From: a virus
Lineage: Duplodnaviria; Caudoviricetes
Length of the DNA stretch: 64,000 nucleotides
Virus record (IMG/VR): IMGVR_UViG_3300037851_000284
Span: 64,001-128,000 of that record
Reading direction: 5' to 3' (one strand)
In this document: piece after piece, positions 9,905 through 16,378 of the stretch
Layout of the letters: each line of letters starts with the position of its first letter
How positions within the stretch are numbered: the first letter of the stretch is position 1
The notes under the pieces: generated by a model
Seen by the model: only the letters and a program-made list of their open reading frames with translations
The model's database searches: none
Told to the model about the DNA's origin: nothing
Translations under genes and position numbers: made by a program

Positions 9905-10378
9905 ATGAAAAAAAGACAAGGATTTGTCAGTAATTCAAGCACTGCCTGCTTTATAGTACGTCATAAAGGTATAGATATTCTAGGAGCAAGAAAAAGCAAG
10001 AAGGGACTTCTAACAAAGAAGGAAATATCTATTCTTAAAAAAATAGGATTCGAAAGAACACATCACATTAATCCATTACACTACTCTAAAGAACCTCAAC
10101 CAGTAGAAACTGGTTTTTATAACTATGGATTTGATGTAACAGTAAACGAGTTTGAGATAATTGAACAGTTAATCAAAAATAATATTTCATTTACAGCAAG
10201 CTGTCATTATGACCAATATTTAGTATTCTATGACAAGACATCTAAAAAAGTATATGTTTTTAAAAATGCAGGACAGCACTACATGATGAACACATCAAAT
10301 ATTGAAGAATTATCATTACAGAAATGTTGTAAAACGATGTCAGTAAAGGAATTCTTAAAGGAAGGTTACTATATATGA
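9905..10378 (+). CDS. GFVSNSS-motif family protein, copy 2
   Basis: Starts MKKRQGFVSNSSTACFIV; AGGAG SD. Confidence 0.8.
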   Translation: MKKRQGFVSNSSTACFIVRHKGIDILGARKSKKGLLTKKEISILKKIGFERTHHINPLHYSKEPQPVETGFYNYGFDVTVNEFEIIEQLIKNNISFTASCHYDQYLVFYDKTSKKVYVFKNAGQHYMMNTSNIEELSLQKCCKTMSVKEFLKEGYYI

Positions 10379-10737
10379 AAACCAGATACGGGTTCGTTAG
10401 TAACTCGAGTTCGACTAGCTTTATTATAAAAGACAAGTCAGAAGAGAATGTAAGAAGATACATTACCTCTCTATTAGATGCGCGCAATCAAATAAATAAT
10501 GAGAATAGAAGAGTTGACGATATATGTACTATACATACAACTAATGACGTAAATATCTATATATTTAATTATTACGACTATTATCATTATGGTAACAAAA
10601 TTACATTTGATCAGTACAAGAAATTAGAAAATATAACGAAAGAAGAACAAGGAGTAATAGTAGAATCAACATCAGATAATAGTATTCCTTTGTTTATTAA
10701 AGAAGCACTAGAAGAAATAGGAAAAAAGATATCATAG
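10375..10737 (+). CDS. GFVSNSS-motif family protein, copy 3
   Basis: Starts MKTRYGFVSNSSSTSFII. Confidence 0.8.
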   Translation: MKTRYGFVSNSSSTSFIIKDKSEENVRRYITSLLDARNQINNENRRVDDICTIHTTNDVNIYIFNYYDYYHYGNKITFDQYKKLENITKEEQGVIVESTSDNSIPLFIKEALEEIGKKIS

Positions 10738-10742
10738 TTAAT

Positions 10743-11096
10743 ATGAAAATAAGAACAGGGTTTATAAGTAATTCGAGCTCATCTAGTTTTATCATAGCAT
10801 ATAAGAAAGAACGAAACGTTTGTTCTCGTTGCGGAAGGTCTGATCCTAACATTATTCAAATTCTTAGAGAAATGAACAGCAAATATGAAGATACAGAATT
10901 AAGAATAGAAGGAAAAAAAGAGGTAATCGAATACATTAAAGAAAACTGGAGCAATGAAACAGAAAAAGTTATTAAGAAAATAGAAAACACTAAAAATATG
11001 GAAATAGCTTTAATATATATTTCCTATCATGATACCGTCCTACGTAAACTTTTAAAGAGCTGTAAAGACATTAAAATCTTAACTAAGCATACATAA
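10743..11096 (+). CDS. GFVSNSS-motif family protein, copy 4 (contains CxxC)
   Basis: Starts MKIRTGFISNSSSSSFII; CSRC at about residues 27-30. Confidence 0.8.
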   Translation: MKIRTGFISNSSSSSFIIAYKKERNVCSRCGRSDPNIIQILREMNSKYEDTELRIEGKKEVIEYIKENWSNETEKVIKKIENTKNMEIALIYISYHDTVLRKLLKSCKDIKILTKHT

Positions 11097-11279
11097 TGAA
11101 AACAAGACAAGGCTTTGTAAGTAACAGTAGTTCCTCTAGTTTTATTATTATGTGACGGAGAAGTAGTTGAATTAAAAGAGTTTGATGATAAGAATATATT
11201 AACTGCATTAAAGAAGGTTGGTATTAAAGAAACCAAGTTAAAAACATATATTCAATATGCAAGCAATGATAACTATTAA
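11096..11279 (+). pseudogene. GFVSNSS-motif family, copy 5, frameshifted
   Basis: Not in the ORF track. ATG 11096 reads MKTRQGFVSNSSSSSFIIM* (TGA 11153-55). The shifted frame from 11151 reads CDGEVVELKEFDDKNILTALKKVGIKETKLKTYIQYASNDNY* (TAA 11277-79). Confidence 0.75.
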
Positions 11280-11287
11280 GAAATTTT

Positions 11288-11643
11288 ATGAAACTAAGAA
11301 CAGGATTTGTAAGCAACAGTATCACAAGTAGTCTTTTTAATATATGGAACAGAATTAGGTAAATACAAATTCGCTGAATTAGTAGCCAAAAAACACAAGA
11401 ATACAATAGAAAATAGCTATCAGAAATAAATACTCTTCTAGAAAACGTAAGAAAACTAAGATAACTATAGAAGAGTTATTAATAAAGGCGATAGAAGTAT
11501 ATACCTATATTTTATATAATTGATTATAACCCCAGTATAGTGTATCTGGGAAAAGTCTGTGTTTCATAAAAGATAATGAAACAATAGGACAATTTAAAAA
11601 TCAAATAAAAAAAATAAAAGAATTACTGGATAATGCTAAATAA
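11288..11643 (+). pseudogene. GFVSNSS-motif family, copy 6, multiply frameshifted
   Basis: ATG 11288 reads MKLRTGFVSNSITSSLFNIWNRIR*. Alternative frames give FLIYGTELGKYKFAELVAKKH... and ...KDNETIGQFKNQIKKIKELLDNAK* (TAA 11641-43). Confidence 0.7.
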
Positions 11644-11646
11644 TAC

Positions 11647-11680
11647 TTGACATTTATGGCGCTTTGTATTATATTATATA
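11647..11680 (+). promoter_or_regulatory. conserved phage promoter, copy A
   Basis: TTGACA-N14-TATTATATTATATA (TATATT lies 17 nt after the -35); followed by AAGGAG SD. Confidence 0.75.
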
Positions 11681-11771
11681 TAAAGGAGCGCCATGTTTAT
11701 ATCGAATGTGTATATTAAAGCATTATTTGCTGGATTTCTAAACGGTTTATATCTCGGTAGAAGGTTAAGAA

Positions 11772-12230
11772 ATGATTGTAGAAGGAAACATTTTCATAGA
11801 TTTCAGTATAATTCAGAAGAGCAATCCTTCGAAACTGAAAGACGAATTAGACCTACTAGTTTCACTAAAGAACAAAGTATATCTGTGGTCAAAAACGATT
11901 GATTTAGTAACAATGAGAAGATATTGTCTATCAATAAAATACAGCAATATAGAAGATAAAGAGTTACATAAAAAAGTAATAGAATTAAGAGCGAAAAAGA
12001 AACAATATAGCGAAATATCCAAGGAAACGAGCTTACCTATATGGAAAATAGGGTTCTATCTGACTACTGACCCAGAAAAAGAATGGACTCTAGATGACTG
12101 GATCAAAGATTATGTTAAAAAGGACTCCGCTATATATTCAAAGGTAGACTTCATTATAGACCCAGATAAGAAAATAGTAGATAGGTTTAAGTCTAGAGGT
12201 ATAGATGGTAATTGTATAGAAAAGATATAA
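11772..12230 (+). CDS. hypothetical protein (152 aa; possible HAD-like fold with inserted HTH)
   Basis: IFIDFS...VYLWS...DFIIDPD pattern; KKQYSEISKETSLPIWKIGFYL is HTH-like. Confidence 0.6.
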   Translation: MIVEGNIFIDFSIIQKSNPSKLKDELDLLVSLKNKVYLWSKTIDLVTMRRYCLSIKYSNIEDKELHKKVIELRAKKKQYSEISKETSLPIWKIGFYLTTDPEKEWTLDDWIKDYVKKDSAIYSKVDFIIDPDKKIVDRFKSRGIDGNCIEKI

Positions 12231-13051
12231 TATTGAACAACGGACATGATTGTAATAGCTTAAGAAAAAGCATAGGTAGTTACATATATAAATATCCTTC
12301 CTCAAATAAAGAACAGAACGACGAGTGGTTAAGAAAATTAATCTCCTTAAAACCCTTCATTAATTCTGACCCAAAAAAAAGAGAAGAATATTATAAACTC
12401 AGGGAAACCATAGCTCTATCTAATGGTGGGTTCGCCATGAAATATGCTATGCGTTACTCTGTTTTATTAAATGATGACGCTGCCATTAGCGAGCTCTTTC
12501 AAGAAGCCAACATTGGTTTACTAGAAACCATAGATGCTTTTGATTTATCGAAGGAAACATCATTTACAACGTATGCGTTTTTTCATATTAGAAAACGTAT
12601 AATAGATTTTATTAAATACAATAAACTAGTTAGAGCCACTCGCGACATTGCCCGCAATATTAAGAATGTAAACAGCGTCTTATCCTCCATTCAAGTCCGA
12701 GACGGTATAATACCAACAGCTAAAGAAGTTAAAAAAGAACTAATAGAAAAATTCGATATAAACTTAAAAGAATCAATAATAGATAAAATATTAATTCTAA
12801 TAGAATTAAATTCAGCAAGCACAGAGGATGCCTTCATAAGCGAATATAAAGATCAAATATCAGTAGAAGACGAGAAAGATATATTCAAAGATATGGAAAT
12901 GGATATATCAAAACTCATAAAAGTGTACGATACTAAGCTACAAGAAGCCATCAAACTTCGCTTCGGAATAGGTACTAATTCTCCTCATAGCCCAGCCGAG
13001 GTTAAATTAATGTTAGGATTAAACAGGAAGGATTTATGTGCACTTAAATAG
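12212..13051 (+). CDS. phage-encoded sigma-70 family RNA polymerase sigma factor
   Basis: Region 2 ELFQEANIGLLETIDAFDLSKETSFTTYAFFHIRKRI; region 3 PTAKEV; region 4 start EAIKLRFGI. Confidence 0.9.
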   Translation: MYRKDIILNNGHDCNSLRKSIGSYIYKYPSSNKEQNDEWLRKLISLKPFINSDPKKREEYYKLRETIALSNGGFAMKYAMRYSVLLNDDAAISELFQEANIGLLETIDAFDLSKETSFTTYAFFHIRKRIIDFIKYNKLVRATRDIARNIKNVNSVLSSIQVRDGIIPTAKEVKKELIEKFDINLKESIIDKILILIELNSASTEDAFISEYKDQISVEDEKDIFKDMEMDISKLIKVYDTKLQEAIKLRFGIGTNSPHSPAEVKLMLGLNRKDLCALK

Positions 13052-13615
13052 AATATCAAGAAACGATAATGAAGGTAAGAACAAGAAGGACGGAGACAAG
13101 TCAATAGAACTTTTCGCTAAGTTAGCTCAATCGTATGGATTTGCCCCAGTAGAAATAGTAGAAGATAACACAGAAGATAACAAAGTAAAAGGAATAGATA
13201 TATGGATTACTATTTCTGATAGAAGAGTTCCAGTGGATGTTAAATGCCAACGCAAATATAAGGACGTTATATGTCTAGAACACCAAAACATCTGGGGAAA
13301 AGTAGGTTCCTTATTCAAGGATTATACGGAATATATAGCCTTTGAATTTGATGATGGGTTTTATTTATACAAAACAAAAGATTTACGAAACTTATTTGTT
13401 AAACTGGTAGATATAAAGTCTAAATCAATAAGTACAAAGAATAAAAAGTTTGTTGGGATAAAGAAAATAAAAGATACAAACTATATGTGATGTTAAATAG
13501 AAGTGATTATCTAAGAGATTGGGATCACAAACCAAACGACGATAGATTTGCTTATATTCACCGAAGTGATTTAGAAAATCTATCGTCAATAGTATTATTT
13601 AAGAACAATCCCTGA
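13038..13615 (+). pseudogene. PD-(D/E)xK-like nuclease, apparently frameshifted near the 3' end
   Basis: D..KGIDIWI...VPVDVKCQ...ICLEHQN..GK.GSL pattern. ORF stops at 13490, but a shifted frame from about 13456 reads DKENKRYKLYVMLNRSDYLRDWDHKPNDDRFAYIHRSDLENL...* (TGA 13613-15). Confidence 0.55.
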
Positions 13616-14611
13616 GTCCTGCATACATTTAGTCTTATACATACAATACTGACATTTTTCATCACCGTAGACTTCACCCTTAGCTATTCTATTTAATTTA
13701 ATTTTAGATAGTCTACCAATTTTGTGTTCTCTATCGGCTTGAGTCTTTGTATATACTAAACTATAATCTCTATCAGGTAATTTTTTATTGGTTACATAGT
13801 CAAACGTGCTATCTAGGCTCTCAAAAATATCTTTTATATTTATTTTTAATTCAGCCAATCTAGCAGCATCAGAAGTTGATATACCAGTAGTGTTTTCAAG
13901 GTCTTGTAAAGAGTTGACGTCCTTTAATTTAACAGTATATAACTCTTTTCCTGCTTGGTCATAGGCTGTTAAAACAGGCCATCCTTCTTGGTCCAAATCT
14001 ACTTTATAATAGAACGTGCTACCCGTACTTCGGTTTATATAAACTAAGTACACATTACTGATATCAAGTGCTTTACCAGATTCAGTATTCTCAAGGTAAT
14101 ATTTATATAACATTACCTGCATAAGATTACTGGGTGATGGCAATGCTGATTCAGAATTCATTATCTTAGCTGCCTTAAATTCACCAACGGATTTAAGTTC
14201 AATGGTGTCTTTCATTCCATCGTGTTCGATAATACAATCCATTCGACCATGAATATGAACGTTGTTTCTGCTGTTTGGAATTAGAAAGTTAATCTTTTGT
14301 TGGGTCTCTTTAAGCATACCATATTTTTTTAATTTATTAATAAAGTATGCTTCATACATGTTACCAGCATCACATATAGACTTACCAACTACACTCATAG
14401 GTTCAGTTGGTTGTATACCAGTAATTTTGTAATACATAGACCTACGACACTCACCAACAGAATAATTACCAATCTTAGCAGAGGCTTCGGAAGGCCATGC
14501 TACATTACCATTACGAGGCTGTATTGAACCATCTGTGTTATATGTATCAGCTATATCTTTAGATAATATAGCAGTTATGAAATTAGTACTTTTACGTAAA
14601 TTTATTGCCAT
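13595..14611 (-). CDS. Cas4-like / RecB-like PD-(D/E)xK exonuclease with 4-Cys Fe-S motif
   Basis: PSEAS...ECRRSMYY; HGRMDCII...IELKS; QVMLY; C-terminal CQYCMYKTKC. Confidence 0.85.
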   Translation of the reverse strand: MAINLRKSTNFITAILSKDIADTYNTDGSIQPRNGNVAWPSEASAKIGNYSVGECRRSMYYKITGIQPTEPMSVVGKSICDAGNMYEAYFINKLKKYGMLKETQQKINFLIPNSRNNVHIHGRMDCIIEHDGMKDTIELKSVGEFKAAKIMNSESALPSPSNLMQVMLYKYYLENTESGKALDISNVYLVYINRSTGSTFYYKVDLDQEGWPVLTAYDQAGKELYTVKLKDVNSLQDLENTTGISTSDAARLAELKINIKDIFESLDSTFDYVTNKKLPDRDYSLVYTKTQADREHKIGRLSKIKLNRIAKGEVYGDEKCQYCMYKTKCMQDSGIVLK

Positions 14612-14629
14612 ATTAGGCTCCTTTGAATA

Positions 14630-14663
14630 TATATAATATAATACATTGTAAGGAGAAAGTCAA
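14630..14663 (-). promoter_or_regulatory. conserved phage promoter, copy B (drives the Cas4-like gene)
   Basis: Minus strand: TTGACT(14663-14658)-N14-TATTATATTATATA(14643-14630), then AAGGAG SD and ATG at 14611. Confidence 0.75.
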
Positions 14664-14812
14664 TGGAAAAATCAGATAATAATATAATACAAAGTTATAG
14701 ACATGATAGGTGCCCAGATTGCGGACTTAGAATACCAGAGAACACAGATGAAGGAAATGAATGCGAAGAATGCGGACATGTATTCTGGGAGGAACTAGAT
14801 AATGCAGATTAA
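14663..14812 (+). CDS. small zinc-ribbon protein (49 aa), not in ORF track
   Basis: AAGGAG SD; MEKSDNNIIQSYRHDRCPDCGLRIPENTDEGNECEECGHVFWEELDNAD*; two CxxC pairs. Confidence 0.7.
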   Translation: MEKSDNNIIQSYRHDRCPDCGLRIPENTDEGNECEECGHVFWEELDNAD

Positions 14813-15392
14813 ATTTGGAAATCATAAGTTGGGAGACGACACAGCAATATTTAATATGGGAACAGCTATAGATTGTCCATCTAGAAGGCTGGGATTATGT
14901 AAAACAATTAACATGGGAGTCCGGTGCTATGCAGAAAAAGCTGAGATACAGTACAAAGAACCAACAATCAATTATAGACGCACTCAAGAACATGATTGGA
15001 AGTCAGAATCTGCTGCTGTTATCCTTACAGAAATTATTAAAAGAATTGAAGCCAGAAGAAAAACAACGTTATATCTCAGATTTAATGAGTCTGGTGACTT
15101 CCACTCACAAGCTGATATTGGAAAACTCAGCTATATTGCTAGTGGGTTACGAGGTCTTGAGCAACCAGTCATCGCCTATGGCTACACAGCAAGATCTGAC
15201 CTTGATTTTAGCACATGCGAGTTCTTGTGTAAAGGGAGCGGATTTAATAAGCAGGGCCTTAACGGGTCTACAAGAGTAATACTAAAAGATGAACCTATAC
15301 CAAAGGGATATATATTATGCTCTGGAAGTTGCAAGAGATGCAATTTATGCAAGATAAATGTTCCTCATAACATAGCATTTCGAGTCCATTAA
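14802..15392 (+). CDS. gp88-like (GP88 family, Cys-rich radical-SAM-like) phage protein
   Basis: GNHKLG..TAIFNM...DCP...C......CYA; YLRFNESGDF; AYGYT; C-terminal CSGSCKRCNLC. Confidence 0.7.
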   Translation: MQIKFGNHKLGDDTAIFNMGTAIDCPSRRLGLCKTINMGVRCYAEKAEIQYKEPTINYRRTQEHDWKSESAAVILTEIIKRIEARRKTTLYLRFNESGDFHSQADIGKLSYIASGLRGLEQPVIAYGYTARSDLDFSTCEFLCKGSGFNKQGLNGSTRVILKDEPIPKGYILCSGSCKRCNLCKINVPHNIAFRVH

Positions 15393-15490
15393 ATATTTGT
15401 TTTACTAAATACGGTAAGTCATATTTTGTAGACAATCGTACTTATTATGTTATATCAATTTAAGAAATTAAAACAGTTTATATAAAACAC

Positions 15491-15524
15491 TTGACTTTTA
15501 ATTAGAAATATATTATATTATATA
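15491..15524 (+). promoter_or_regulatory. conserved phage promoter, copy C (upstream of the Sak-like gene)
   Basis: TTGACT-N14-TATTATATTATATA. Confidence 0.75.
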
Positions 15525-15556
15525 TGAATTTTAATTAATATAGAAAGAGACTCAAA

Positions 15557-16297
15557 ATGAACCTACAAAATTTAAAAAGAGAGATTCCTTATAAGTATAA
15601 ACCACAATCAGTTAAGTATGGTAAAGCTATTATGGTAAGTTATATTGACGCCAGAGACGCACAAGATCTCTTAGACGAAGTGGTCGGACCGGACAACTGG
15701 CAGTCTGACTATAAAGTAATCAACGAGAATCTATATGCTGGAATAGGTATAAGAATGATACGTACTGATGATACTAAATCAAATAACAACGTTATAACCC
15801 ACGAGAGAACAGAGTGGGTATGGAAATGGGATTGCGGAGTAGAAAGTAACCAAGAAGCTGAAAAAGGAGAGGCATCAGACGCCTTTAAAAGAGCAGCAGT
15901 ACAATGGGGAATAGGAAGATTTCTTTACCGTTTAGGAGTAATCGAATTACCTACTAAAGAATATAATGGAAAAGAAAGACCATGTACAAAAGACGGAAAA
16001 ATCTTATGGGGAAACGACGAAATATCTAATTACATAAGAAATGAAATATTAAATGAAAATAAACCAAACGTAGGTCAACCTTCTCCGCCCCCTCCGGCTA
16101 AGAAAGAACTAAGCGAAAAGACTCTCAAACGTATGGAGAGCATATCAAAAGAAGGCATAAAAGGAAAAGAGTGTATAAAGAAATTCCTTCCAGATTTTAA
16201 TAAGGCTAAGGGATTATCATATAAATTAGCGGATCTTACGGAAGATAGATTAAATGTTCTAATGGACTTTATAGATTCTATACCTCCAAAGGTATAA
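15557..16297 (+). CDS. sak: Rad52/Sak-family single-strand annealing protein
   Basis: YIDARDAQDLLDEVVGPDNWQSDY; WVWKWDCG.ES..EAEKGEASDAFKRAAVQWGIGRFLY. Confidence 0.88.
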   Translation: MNLQNLKREIPYKYKPQSVKYGKAIMVSYIDARDAQDLLDEVVGPDNWQSDYKVINENLYAGIGIRMIRTDDTKSNNNVITHERTEWVWKWDCGVESNQEAEKGEASDAFKRAAVQWGIGRFLYRLGVIELPTKEYNGKERPCTKDGKILWGNDEISNYIRNEILNENKPNVGQPSPPPPAKKELSEKTLKRMESISKEGIKGKECIKKFLPDFNKAKGLSYKLADLTEDRLNVLMDFIDSIPPKV

Positions 16298-16320
16298 GTA
16301 AAGTGCGACATTTAATGTGA

Positions 16321-16351
16321 AAGGCCAGCAATTCCAAAGCTGGCCTTTTTT
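16321..16351 (+). terminator. Rho-independent terminator
   Basis: AAGGCCAGC-9 nt loop-GCTGGCCTT followed by a T run, directly downstream of the Sak-like stop. Confidence 0.8.
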
Positions 16352-16378
16352 AATAATAAAGAAAGTTGAAAAGTTATA

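Noticed and set aside
8483-11340. DNA-level repeat, CRISPR array or DGR template/variable repeats at the GFVSNSS starts
   Set aside because: Nucleotide sequences differ at synonymous positions, spacing follows gene length, differences are not confined to adenines, and there is no reverse transcriptase or cas1/cas2 in the window.
11693-11902. 69-aa ORF with a strong AAGGAG SD after promoter A
   Set aside because: The start looks real, but it overlaps 11772..12230 by 131 nt and has no motif; I cannot tell a short real gene from a frameshift artefact, so it is not listed as a feature.
13595-14611. CRISPR-Cas locus implied by the Cas4-like gene
   Set aside because: No repeat-spacer array or other cas genes; the context (Sak, primase-helicase) fits phage recombination.
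15393-15556. tRNA or structured ncRNA in the larger intergenic gaps (also 16298-16378, 11400-11690)
   Set aside because: No cloverleaf or T-loop/D-loop signatures; content is explained by the promoter, terminator and pseudogene features listed.
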